Of a stretch of 64,000 nucleotides of DNA, positions 37,936-50,664 are shown piece by piece (position 1 is the first letter of the stretch; each line of letters opens with the position of its first letter). Under the pieces are notes generated by a model. That model had not been told where the DNA came from. It saw only the letters and a list, made by a program, of their open reading frames with translations, and made no database searches. The position numbers and the translations under genes are program-made. Where the stretch lies: contig NC_081404.1 of the NCBI RefSeq assembly GCF_030684315.1, positions 13,583,140 to 13,647,139 on the forward strand, in the 5' to 3' direction. This DNA is from Stegostoma tigrinum. Lineage: Eukaryota.

Positions 37936-39438
37936 AAATAGCAATTTATCGTCATTTTTACAAAAAAGGTGAGTAGTTTTACAAGTCACCACAGCACTGC
38001 ACAAACATTAATGTCAGAAGTCATAAATAAAAAGGGAAAGTAGTTAAAGTTCATCTCAGTTCATTTAATGGCTCTTGGGTTCAGGGTATGCCTGAAAAAC
38101 AGGATGAAACTACCATGAAACTGCTAGGCCAAGACTGCCACGCCAGACAGAGATGAGACCTCCATGCCAGGATTAGACCTCCAAGCTGGGCCATTTGAAG
38201 GTCCGAAAGCTGCCACTGAAGCAAGCACAAGACATAAGCACCAAGACGAGGTCTTCATGCCCACTGTTGGAATTCTGGAAGCCGCTGAAGAAGACCTCCA
38301 CAGCAGGACAGGAATGCTACTCCAGGCCGAGACCACCCCTCCTGAAACAAGACTGCCACACCGGGAGACTGCTACACCAGGGGATCGCCACACCGTCACA
38401 CCAGGAGATTGCCACACCGGGAGATTGCCACACCAGGAGACCGCCACACCGGGAGATTGCCACACCGGGAGAGTGCCACACCTGGAGACTGCCACACCGG
38501 GAGATTACCACACCTGGAGACTGCCACACTGGAAGACTGCCACACCTGGAGACTGCCACACCGAGAGACTGCCACACCGGGAGATTGCCACACCGGGAGA
38601 TTGCCACACCGGGAGAGTGCCACACCCGTAGACTGCCACACTGGGAGATTGCCACATTTGGAGATTGCCATACCGGGAGATTGCCACACCCGGAAACCAC
38701 CACACCCAGAGATTACCACAGTTGGAGATTGCCACACTGGGAGACTGCCACACCCGGAGATTGCCACACCAGGAGACTGCCACACCGGGCGATTGCCACA
38801 CCCGGAGACTGCCACACCAGGAGATTGCCACACCCCGGAGATTGCCACACCCGGAGATTGCCACACCAGGAGATTGCCACACCGGGAGACTGCCACAGTT
38901 GGAGATTGCCACACTGGGAGATTGCCACACCTGGAGACCACCACAACCAGAGATTGCCACATTTGGAGATTGCCACACCGGGAGACTCCACACCGGGGAT
39001 TGCCACACCGGGAGATTGCCACACCGGGAGACTGCCACACCTGGAGATTGCCACACCCGGAGACTGCCACACCCGGAGACTGCCACACCCGGAGACTGCC
39101 ACACTGGGAGACTGCCACACCCGGAGACTGCCACACTGGGAGACCGCCACATTGGTAGATTGTCCCAGGAGACCGCCCAACCAGGCCTGTACTGCCATTA
39201 CGGACCGTTGGAAACCACCTCGTCACTTGGCCTAGGCCTGGAGAAGACACCTTCCGCTGAACTCGTTAAAAGAAAGTAAGGTTCCGTAGTAAATAGAAAA
39301 ATTTTAAAAAGCATGCAAAGAAATCAAAAGGAAAGTGGACTGAGTAGGCGAGCTCCGGGCTCCTGGACTGAGGATCCTGCACATTGCCCTGCTCCCTCGC
39401 CACCATCTTGAAAAGAAATTTAAATATCATTATCAAGG
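37936..39438 (-). mobile_element. About 1.5-kb non-autonomous insertion carrying the minisatellite, inserted into CR1
   Basis: CR1 text resumes after it; possible TSD atatta at 37930-37935 and 39439-39444; CAAGATGGTGGC near its inferred 5' end. Confidence 0.6.
38350..39160. repeat. Minisatellite, 16-bp unit, consensus about GCCACACC(G/C)GGAGA(C/T)T, roughly 50 copies
   Basis: Read directly; explains the overlapping repetitive ORFs in all six frames. Confidence 0.97.
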
Positions 39439-41999
39439 ATATTATTTAAATAGAGACAAAGTGCAAGAAGTTGCAATATGAAGGGACTTTGGGAGACTTG
39501 TGCAGTAAACACAGAAAGCTGGGACACGAGAGCAGGAAGGGCCATGGAACGTTGGCCCTTATTTCAAGGCGGTTGGCGTATGAGTTGGGATGTCTCTCTG
39601 CAACTGTACAAGGTGCTGGTGTGATCATATATGGAGTACTGTGAGCAGTTTTTGTCCCTGTGTTTAAGAAAAAGATTATTCCATTGGAGGCAGTTCAGAG
39701 AAGGTTCACCGGGGTAATCCCTGGTATGCAGAAATTTATGAGCAAACAATAAACAGGAAGGGTCTCTAATCACTGGAATTTAGAAGAATGAGAGAAGGTT
39801 GCTTTGAAACATACAGGATTCTTAAGGGGCTTGACAGGGTAAATGTTGAGAGGATGTCATCCCAGCTTCAACTCCATTTTCTCGTCTCCTCGCCATATCC
39901 CTTGGTTCCCCAACAGACAGTCTCTCTCTCTCAGCCTCACTTATATTCAGTGATGGAGACTCTGCAACCCTTTGAGTGTTCCAGAGATTCACAACCCTCT
40001 GAGTGAAGTGAATTCTCCTCACCCCATCCTAAGTGGTGACCCCCTTATTTTGAGACTCTGCCCCATCTCCTGTTTCCTACATTCCCCAGCCAGGAGAAAC
40101 AATAGGCTGAATTTCCCCATATTTTGGCAAAATGTCAATTACAGGGGGCTTTATGAAGGGTCTTCCTCCATGAGCCTTGCTGACATTTCTCCCATGATTT
40201 TTCCTTCTCACCTAATTAAGTCATCACTACTTCAAGTTTGGCATCATGAAACTGTCCCCATTCTTCCAACTCTCTCTTCTATTAGTTAGCCAGTCCTCTA
40301 GACATGCTAACATACTAGCTTGAATGGGCTCCCATCTTATTAAGCAACCAAAAGTATGGCAACTTCTGAAGCACCTTCTAAAAGTCCAAATGTTTGACAT
40401 CCACTACTTCCCCTTTATCTATCCTGCTTGTTACCTCCTCAAAGAATTATAGTAAATTTGCTGGCCATGATTTCCCCTTCATGAGGCTATGGTGACTCTG
40501 CTTGATCATATTATACACTTCCAAATGTTCTGCTATCGCATCCTTTAAAACAGACTTTAACATTTTCCCAATAACAGACATTAAGCTAAGTGGCCTATAG
40601 TTAACTGTTTTTAGTCTCCTTCCCTTTTTAAATAAAGGTGTCAACATTAATTATTCGCCCAGTCTCCACGGTTTCAATTGTGTGTGATCTTGCACTCAGC
40701 AGCAGTAGAGATGCTCACTGGCATTGGAGCCTTCTGACGTTCACGTCACCTACACCATATTTAAAGCCCAGCTGCATACCATTTCAGACGTTGCTTTCAA
40801 ACTCATGAAATGCCCTTCACAGCGTGTTGTTGCCCAGTTCCAAAGGAAATACCAGAGATAGGAAAGTTGGGACACTGCTTTGTCACCTGGAGGTTCTGGT
40901 GCACAGTGTTGTGGAGAGAGAGGGAGGGCTGCCACAAGATGGTGAATGACCTTCCGTGCGCTCTGCCAGGGTAAGTGCCACCATCGTCTCTCTGTTACCT
41001 CACGTTTGCTGTACCACTTAGCAACATGTCCAGCCCTTTGCCTGTTCAGTGCTGGCAAGCATGACAAACTGCTTGGCTTTCTGTCTGCGCTAAGAGGCAA
41101 GGCAAGACAGAACTACTGTGAGCCTGTGAGTTTTGACTGAAGTGGCAATATATTGAAACTGATGCTTTGCCAATGGGATGTGAGGGTGCAGTGGTCACTG
41201 CCCAAGGAGCGGGCCCTAAGATGTTCGGGAATCCTGGAGAAGAACTCAGTGGTCTCTAGCTCTGGCTCTGATTTTTGAGTCGGGAATTGGAGTGTCTCAC
41301 TGGCATCTGGGAAAAAAGCAACCTTCACATAAATGGGACAAGATTAGATAACACCGAGATGTTACTGCATGCAAGCAGACTCCTCACTGCTCACTGGCAA
41401 GATTCTCACCCAGCCATTAAAAACCTCAGCAAAAATCTGACCTACTTTTCTCTTGACACAGAGATTCGCAATTTTTCATTCTCGCTACCCACGTCATCCA
41501 GAGACTCAGAAAATTCCAGGCATCCTCCATATATGCAACCTGTTGAGTCCCCCTCAAAACCATATTTACTTATCAATCAAATCACTCCTCATTCATCTGA
41601 ACTCCAGACAATATTGGGCTAATCTATTCAGCCTCTCATCATAAGACAACCCCCTCATCCCTGTGACTGTTCACTGTATTATCTCCAATGGAAAGCTGGT
41701 ATGGTACGCATACTCTGTACCGTTGTCTGCTGATATTTGGTCCTGAGCTGATTTCTTGCCAGGTTTTGTCAGTAGCAGTTACTGGGGTAGGATGAGGATG
41801 CAGGTCCCGAGTCTATCACAGCCGGAATGGGGATCCAAACCTGCATCATTGGTGCACTTCTTAACCATTTCCACTGACTGAGCAAACCAGCCCCCACTAT
41901 TGTGCTTACATTCTTCTGTCTATTTAGAGACCAAGCTGCTCAGAGTACTTTAGGTGTGGTCTCACCAAAACCCTGTACAATAGCAGTAAGACTGTATAG

Positions 42000-42990
42000 G
42001 ACCATAAAATACGGTAGCAGAATTAGGCCATTCAGCTCATCGAGCCTGCTCCACCATTCGATAATGGCTGATATAAGACCATAAGACATAGGAGGGGAAG
42101 TAAGGCCATTCGACCCATCGAGGCCACTCTGCCATTTAATCATGGCTGATGGGCATTTCAACTCCACTTACCCGCACTCTCCCTGTAGCCCTTAATTCCT
42201 TGCGAGATCAAGAATTTATCAATCTCTGCCTTGAAGACATTTAATGTCCCGGCATCCACTGCGCTCCGTGGCAATGAATTCCACAGGTCCACCACTCTCT
42301 GGCTGAAGAAATGTCTCCTCATTTCTAAATTAACCCCGTCTAATTCTAAGCCTGCGCCCACAGGTCCTAGTCCCCCTGCCTAACGGAAACAACTTCCTAG
42401 CGTCCACCCTTTCTAAGCCATACATTATCTTGTCAGTTTCTAGTAGATCTCCCCTCAACCTTCTAAACTCTAATGAATACAACCCCAGGATCAACAGCCG
42501 TTCATCGTACGTTAAACCTACCATTCCAGGGATCATCCATGTGAATCTCCGCTGGACACGCTCCAGTGCCAGTATGTCCTTCCTGAGGTGTGGGGTCCAA
42601 AATTGGACACAGTATTCGAAATGGGGCCTAACTAGAGCTTTGTTTCTCACCCCATTTTTCTGCCTTCTCCTCAGAACCCTTGAACCTATTATCCTTAAAT
42701 ACACTCAATGACTTGGCTTCCATAGCCCTCTGTGGCAATGAGTTCCACAGATTCACCACCCTCTGGCTGAAGAAATTCATCTCAGTTCTCAAGGTTCGTC
42801 CCTGACTCTGAGACTGTGCCCTCGGGTCTTAATGGAAACATCCTCTCCAAGTCCATTCCTTCATTCCTGTCCTCCAGTTGCCTTGCAATAAAGGTTAGCA
42901 TTTCATCTGCCTTCCTAATTGCTTGCTGTACTTGCATGATAATGTTCTGTGTGCTTTGTGCAAGTACCCCCACATTTCTCTGCATGATTA
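42000..42990 (-). mobile_element. Younger CR1 3' fragment (about 42073-42640) nested in an older CR1 tail
   Basis: KALVRPHFEYCVQFWTPHLRKDILALERVQRRFT; two tail starts (accataaaat / ataagaccataagacatagg). Confidence 0.85.
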
Positions 42991-45669
42991 TCTTAATGAT
43001 TCATTTCAAATTATGATCTTGAAATTATCTCCATGAATGTTACTCAGTAGTCAAAGGTAAAGAATAATTTGATTCCAGTTATCAAGATATTAAGGTAAAC
43101 AGATTGGATTGATAAAAATTATTTCCGCTGGAGGCTAGGACACAAGGACACTGTGTGAAAATGAGAGAGGCCTGAAAATTTCAGGAGCGAAATTAGCAAA
43201 CGCTTTTTACAGGGTGGCAATGTGTGTAGTGCAATTCTGCAATTGCTACATCAATTAATCTAATTACCAATCCAAGATGGCAGTGGCAGAGATGGCAGTG
43301 TTCAGCTCGGTAGCTCTGTCACTTTATTTTGGGTTAGTTGCCCTGAGGCTTCCTCCTGATGTCCTCCTGTGGGGATGTACAATTTATTCAATAATTTGGC
43401 AGCATCTGCGGAGAGAAATTAGAGTTAACATTTCGGGTCAAGTGAGCCTGAGTTGTGAGGAAGGGTCACTCGATCTGAAACATTAGCTCTGATTTCTCTT
43501 CACAGACGCTGCCAGTCCTGCTGAGTTTTCCCAGCAATTTCTGTTTTTATTTCTGATTTACAACATCTGCAATTCTTTCAGTTTTTATTCAATGATTTAT
43601 TCTGGAATCCAAGATGGCGCCAGAATGTAGTGATATTACACACTTTTCACTATACCTCAGTGCAAGTGACAATGTTAAATAAATCAAAGTAAAAATCTGA
43701 CTATTAATTTTGAAAACTGAGACTGATGGATTTTCATTCATCAAAGATGGTGAGGGATCTGGGGGAAAGGGCACATGGGAATTAGGATGCAGATCAGCCA
43801 TGATCTCAGAGCAGGGCTAAACGATCTACTCTTATTTGCCAGTTAAGGTTTTAAACACATTTCTCATTGGCTTCAACTTCTTTTTTGTTGTCATGCATGC
43901 TTTATGCCTTCTACAGAAATCATGAGATAATTTCTCAGACTTGATTTTCTGAGCGTGAAAGATTTCTGTCACAAATCATGTAACAAAGAGTGATCACGAG
44001 GGTGCTCTTGGGCTTGAATTCATTTCTGGGTCCATTGCAGTCTTGCAGTTTGCAGTTACAAGTTTTATGTTTCAGTTCGGCCTCAGGGCTCAAACATAGA
44101 TTACACACTCCTCAATTACAGAATTATTTGAAAAAGATTGAAAAGACATCAACAAAGTGATTTTAAAATAGATAAAGTCCAGTATTTCACTGTTAGTAAA
44201 GGTAGTAGCTTCAAAAGTGAAAGTACTGTTGTGATCTTTTGGAAAGCACCAAAAAGCAGGACTTAGGGGGTTTCTGTTAACTACTCAACTCCTGACTGAG
44301 TAATCAGAGTTATCAAGGCCAGAGGTGTCCAATCTTTTGGAGTCTAGAGCCTTTATGACAATCATTAAGCTATCCATATTTCATTAAAGTCAGCTTATGT
44401 GCACATACCAGACATCCACTCCCTCCACCCCCGATGCTCAGTAACAGCACTGTCTATGATCTACAAGATGCATTACAGAAATTCACCAAAGCTCCTCAGA
44501 AAGTACCATCCAAACCCACGGCCACTTCCATCTGGGAGGACAAAGGCCACAGATATATGGGAACATCACTACCTCCAAGTTCACCTCCAAGTACTCACCA
44601 TCCTGACTTGGAAATATTTCACAGTTTCTTCCCTTCGCTGGGTCAAAATCCTGGAATTTCCTCCCTCATGGCATTGAGGGTCACCCCGCATCAGAAGGAC
44701 TGCAGCAGTTCAAGAAGGAAGCTCACCACCACCTTCTCAAGGGGCAACTAGGGATGGGCAAGAAATGCTGGTCCAGCCAGCAATGCCCACATCCCATAAA
44801 TGAATACAAAAAAAAATTCACTGGAACAAATTTCATAGGGACATGATCAGGTCAGAAATGACAGGAAGCTAAAGAAAGAGGCATTAAGACAGGGACCGCT
44901 AGGGATGGGCAGCAAATGCTGATGTTGCCAGTGACACTCATATCACATGAATTTAAAAAAACAATCAGGGCAGCGGACCAAAGAAAACAGGAATCGCTGG
45001 TGAAACTCAGCAGGTCTGGCAGTATCTGTGGGAAGAAAGAAGAGTTATCATTTCGAGTCTGACAGCTAGGAAAGGGTGTTGGGGGGGGGGGGATTGTAAG
45101 AGGAGATGTGAGTGGACAGGTGGAGATGGAGCCCACAGAGTGACAGAGATATGAAAGGGGGAGGTAAACAAGAAGATTATGACTAGTAAGCCAGGACAGG
45201 AGAAAAGATGAATTAGTGATAATAAGAGCTAAGGGTAGGAGAGAATGGGTGAGTTGTACTGAATGTGACCCATGTAATGGGCCGAGGAGAAGGTGACAAT
45301 GGATGAAATGTGCTAAAAGCAACCCATGTCATAACAGGACTGGGTGTGGGGGTGGGTAAAAAAAATGCAAGGATGGAATCAGTCTCTAAAGTTATCGAAC
45401 TCGATGTTGAGTCCTAGAGGCTGCAGGGTCCCCAAGTGGAAAATGAGATGTTGTTCTTTGAGTTCATGCTGAGACTCAATGAACACTGTGACAGAAACTG
45501 TGACTGTTGCCCAGGGAACACAGTGGTGTTTTGAAGTGACAGGTAACTGGAAGCTTGGGGTCATTTTTGAGGACAGAACCTAGGTTTTCTGTAAAGTGGT
45601 CACCCAATCTGTGTTTTGTCTCCCCAATGCAGAGGAGACCACATCGTGATCAGCAAATACAGTAGACTC

Positions 45670-48035
45670 TAATTCTCTGATGCCTCTACTTCCTCAGAAG
45701 GTGAGGGAAATTCAGCATGTCCACAATAACTCTTACCAATTTTTACAGATGCACCATAGAAAGCATCATATCTGGATGCATCACAGCTTGGTATGGGCAA
45801 CTGCTCTGCCCAAGAGTGCAAGAATCTATAGAGAGTTGCGAACACAGCTCAGTCCATCACAAAAACCAGCCTCCCATCCATTGACTCTATACTTCTTGCT
45901 GCCTCAGAAAAGCAAACAACTTAATCAAAGATTCCTTCAACTTCACTTCAACATACCACTGTGTTCCCTGGGCAACAGTCACAGTTTCTGTCACAGTGTT
46001 CCATTGAGTCTCAGCGTGAACTCGAAGAACAACATCTCATTTTCCACTTGGGGACCCTGCAGCCTCTAGGACTCAACATTGAGTTCGATAACTTTAGAGC
46101 CTGATTCTGTCCTTCCATCAGGCAGAGATACAAGCATTTGAAAACACATATCAGGGGATTCAAGAACAGCGTCTTCCCTGTCATTATCAGCCTTCTGAAC
46201 AGACCTTTCATACTCAAGGTTTTTGAGAAGATTTGTGACTCAGGTTGTTGATGTGGTTGTAGACTTGCTTGCTGAGTTGGTAAGTTTGTTTGCAGATGTT
46301 TCATCACCACACTAGTTAACATCATCATTGCATCTCCAGTTAAGCGTCGGTGTTCTGCCCCACATGCTATTTATGTGTCTTGGTTTTCTGGGATGGTTGG
46401 CATCACTTCTGGATTTGCTTCTTAGTGGTTGGAATATGGGCTGTATGGACTCTCAAGGTACACAAGCCGGATGTACCCCCTCAGATCCATAGTCTCACTG
46501 CCAGGTACACCAACATACAGACTAGCGTAAGAACTACAAGGAGACTTGAAACACCCAGTAGACAGCTCAAACCATTTCATCCACTCTGCCTAAGAATTCT
46601 TCAACATTGTCAAGGACACCAGAATAGATGAGGATGAGATCATGGTTTCCTTAGATGTGACTGCACTGTTTACCTCCATAAACATCCTCCTAGCTAAGGA
46701 AACACTAGCCTCACTACTAGACAGACCAGGGATCCAGACACCCAACATTACCAACACTGTCAGCAAAGACAGCACCCTCAAACTACTGGATCTGTGCCTC
46801 ACGACCCAACTCATCTTCAATGGCAAGATATACAGATTAATAAAAGAAGCTGTAATGCAAAGACTGGAATGGACAGCCCTTCCTACCATCCAACCAAAAC
46901 TAAAGATCCACTATGTGGATGAAACCTTTATAATTATCAAATGCTCTAAACTGGAGAAAACCCATCCACACATTAACAACATCCTCACCAGCATAAAGTT
47001 CGCCAGGGAAGAGGATAACAACAACAGACTTCCCTTCCTGGATGTAATGATTGAAAGTATGGCCAACGGTGAGCTCCAAACCAGCATTCACAGGAAGGCC
47101 ACCCACATAGATCAGGTACTCAACTACAATAGCAATCATCCCATTACCCGCAAACAGAGCTGCACCAAAACACTTTTCAAGTGAGCCACAACCGACACAC
47201 TGCAACACCCTGGAGCTGTGCAAAGCTGAGGAAGGACACCTATACAGCATCTTTAGAAACAACAGTTACTCAAAAAGTGTAGTCTGCCAATAACTACACA
47301 CAAGACCACAACAGGAAAACACACACACCCAGAGACCCTAGTCACCCTACCATACATTAAGGACATATCGGAAATGACCACCAGATTACTCTTCCCCCTA
47401 GGAATCATGGTAGCCCACAAACTGACAGCTATGCTACGATGAGAATAAAAGGTCTGACATCCTCAACTAATAGAACCGATGTTATTTACCAGATACTGTG
47501 CAAAGACTGCCGAAAGCTTTACACAGGGCAAACCGGAGGAAACGAGCCATCAGGATTCATGAACACCAATTAGCCAACGAGACGTGACCAACTATCACTC
47601 ATTTCAATACACATGGACAAAGAAGGACACCAGCTCGACTGGGACAAAGTAGCTATCCTAGGACAAGCCAAGCAAAGACACACACGACGATTCCTGGAGG
47701 CCCGGCATTCAAACTGGAATCCCGTTAAAAAATGTGCAAAACTGGACCCCAATATACCAACCACTAAGAAACAAATCCAGAAGTGATGCCACTGACCCCA
47801 GCAAACTAAGACACATAAATAACAAGTGGGACAGAACACCAACGCTTCACTGGAGGTGCACTAATGAAGTTACCTAGTATGGTGACCTTTCTCTGCACCT
47901 TCTCTGTATCTGTAACACTATATTCTGCATTCTGTTCTATCACACTGATGTATTCATGTAAGGTATAATTTGCCTGGATAGCACGCAAAACAGTACTGTA
48001 TCTCGGTACATGTGACAATAACAAATCAAATCAAA
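45670..48035 (+). mobile_element. Rex/Babar-type LINE 3' fragment, itself interrupted twice
   Basis: LYFLRR...TLTNFYRCTIESIISGCITAWY motif; tail ggtacatgtgacaataacaaatcaaatcaaa. Confidence 0.75.
46216..47885 (+). mobile_element. Second Penelope-like element with RT remnants, GIY-YIG remnants and an inverted 5' pLTR
   Basis: MVSLDVTALFTSI, HYVDETFII, LPFLDV, HRKATHIDQVLNYNSNHP; VIYQILCKDC..YTGQTG; 46290-46440 is the reverse complement of 47750-47885. Confidence 0.88.
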
Positions 48036-49489
48036 GACTAGATTGAATGAAATACAGATAAATCACTGCTTCACCTGGAAGGTGTGTCTGGGCCCATGGA
48101 TGGTGAGGAGGGAGGAGGTAAACTGGCATCTGTTATACCTTCTGTGATAACCAGGGAAGGTGCTGTGGAAGTGTGAGAAGGCATTGGGAACGGAGGAGGA
48201 GTGCACCAAGGAACAATCCCTGCAGAAGGTTGACAAAGGAGAAGAGAGAAATGAGCGTCTGGTGGTGGCATCCCTTTGGAGGTCTTGGAAATGGCGGCTG
48301 AATCCTTTGGATGCATAGGCTGGTGGTGTTGTCAGTGAGGATCGGGGGACCCTACATTGTTGTGGCAGAGAAAGGAAAGGGGTGAGGGCAGAAATGTGGG
48401 AGTTGGTTTTGGCACAGCTAGGGCCCTGTCAACCACAGGAGCTGCGAATCCTTGGTTGAGGTAAAAAGTGGACATTTTTGAGGCCCCTACCTCCACCATG
48501 GGAGGTGATATCATCAGAACAGATATGATGAAGATGGAAGAAGTTGGAGACTGGGATGGAGTCACCAGGGACCAAACACTTCATCAGAGTGTTTTGTTTT
48601 AAGGTTGAGAGATATGAAGAGGCTTAAGGGAAGGACTTCCAGACCATACAGTCTAACAGCTAGTTGAAGGGTTGATTGCCAGTACGGGAGAAAATGGTAA
48701 GGGATGCTCAAGAAACTGGTGATGGAGCTCTTTGGGACGATTCATTCTAAAAGTTACAAGATATGTACAAATATTATTAAAATAGTCCTGCTCCTCACCA
48801 CACAATTGAATAATTTGTGAAAGATTTGCAAAATTTGGCTTTTTTACAAATCTATTTGTAAATTACTTGATGAAAGTATCATTCAGGTTTAACCTTTAAA
48901 ATCTGTTCCTGAGCTAGTTAGCTGGAATTTCCTGGTACAGGATACAATCTTGTTAATGGTGCTTGCTAGCATTAACTATACAGGATGTAAACCCCGCAGA
49001 CCACATAATAGGCGAACAGCTCTGTGACTGTCCACAGTTGTAGAAGTGAAAGAAAAATGAAAACAGATAAGGTGGACTGGGATGCAGAGAAAAAATGTTG
49101 AAAGACCAGAGAGGGGGAGACACAATAGTGTTGACAGAGACTGAAATGAATTCTATAATCTCAAGCTCATTTAAAACTCTGCTGCCTTTATCCTAACTCG
49201 CATCAAGTGCAATTCATCCATCTCTCCTGTGTTTGTAGCACTGAATCAATTTTTAAATTCTCATGTCTTCCAATTCCTCTATGCTTGCTCCTTCTTTTTG
49301 GAGAAGCTTCCTTCAGCCCTCTGGGAACCCTGCATTCTTTTGATTCTGATCTCTGGTGCAGTCCCAATTTCCATCACCCCAGTAACAGCCATGCCGTCAG
49401 TTGTCTAGACACTAAGCTCTGCCTTTCCTTCCCTAGACTTTTGCCCGCTCGTCCTTGAAAATGCTTCTTCAAATCTACCTCTTTGACCA

Positions 49490-49880
49490 AGGAGGGATAC
49501 GATTGCACTGGAAATGCTGCAGAGATTCACCAGGATGTTGCCCGGGCTGGAGCTCTTCAGCTCTGAAGAAAGGCTGGATAGCTGGGGTTGTTTTCCTTAG
49601 AGCAAAAAACACTGAGGGGGATCCTTAATGAGTTGTACAAAGTTCTAAGGGGTAAATAATTGCGGACATAGATTTAAGGTAAAGGGTAGGAAGTTTAGAG
49701 GGGATTTAAGGAAGACTTTTTTTCCCCCAGAGGGTGATGGGTATCTGGCAAGCACTGTCTGAAAAGGTGGTAGAGGCAGGAACCATCATAACATTGAAGA
49801 TGTATTTAGACGAACACACTTGAAGTACCGTAGCATACAAGGCTACAGGCCAAGAGCTGGAAAACGGGACTAGAATAAAG
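49490..49880 (+). mobile_element. CR1 LINE 3' fragment
   Basis: gagattcaccaggatgttgcc.gggctgg...cccagagggtgatgggtatctgg. Confidence 0.75.
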
Positions 49881-50552
49881 GTAAAGTCACTGCAGTCCCA
49901 GAGGGATGTTCTGTCATTAGAGAGACTCGAATGGTAGTGGTTTAACCTGGGCACCATGCCGCAGGCAAGGGGACAGGATAAGAAAGTCAGAGTCCTTTGT
50001 GGTAACCTGAACTGGTACAGGAAGTGAACCCATGCTGCTGGTGTCACTCTGCATCACAAGCCAGCTGTCTAGGGCCAAATCTGCTGCTGGGATGGGAAGA
50101 GATTTTGTGTGGGGGATAAGCACCACCAGACTGGCAGGCCTATTTCCTACAAACATACATGGAAAATACAAGCAGGAGTAGGCCATTTGGCCATTTGAGC
50201 CTGCTGCACCATTTAGTATGATCTGGTTGCAGTGTCAATTTCACTTTCCCATCTGCCTCCCATAACCATTGATTGCCTTGTCTATCAAAACCCTTGAGCT
50301 GTAAGGTCTATGTCATTCTTTTGGGACTGAATCAAAACATGGAACATCACAGGGTGGACTGAGAGATCTGGATTTGGTCTACATACCCTATGGTTGGATA
50401 ATTCTGACCGAGAAGTTTGTCATTGTGCATCGCACCTGACTATTTGCTGTTACATTGCAACTTTTGTTTTGGCTGTTTTAGTCACGATATCAAAGATTAC
50501 TTTCCCACTGCCATTTAAAATGACGAGTCAAGATTGGAAGTCAAAGAGGATC

Positions 50553-50558
50553 TTTATT
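50553..50558 (-). terminator. Polyadenylation signal AATAAA of the krt18-like gene
   Basis: tttatt on the + strand, about 105 nt after the stop codon. Confidence 0.7.
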
Positions 50559-50664
50559 TTTCATAATATTCAAAAAGCCAACAAACTCCAGCCTATTACA
50601 TTTCTCACTGCAACTACCAGTGATTGGTCATGACAATTGGAAGGCGAATGTAGCTTGATGCCTT

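Larger units (their letters stand above)
36678..40101. mobile_element. Rearranged CR1 LINE: inverted piece 36678-37050, forward 37046-37935 and 39439-39857, inverted 39857-40101
   Basis: ORF2 remnants LGNSDHNMIEF (minus), KIRTHGVGG and EYCEQF (plus), RRIHFTQRVVNLWN (minus); the pieces are contiguous in element coordinates. Confidence 0.75.
44975..48565 (-). mobile_element. Host Penelope-like element (about 44975-45668 and 48036-48565) split by nested insertions
   Basis: EQHLIFHLGTLQPLGLNIEF GIY-YIG C-terminus; text resumes after gact (45665-45668 / 48036-48039). Confidence 0.75.

Noticed and set aside
38350-39160. CRISPR-like array or repeat-protein gene
   Set aside because: Units are contiguous with no unique spacers, there are no cas genes and the context is eukaryotic. 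The ORFs follow from a stop-free 16-bp unit.
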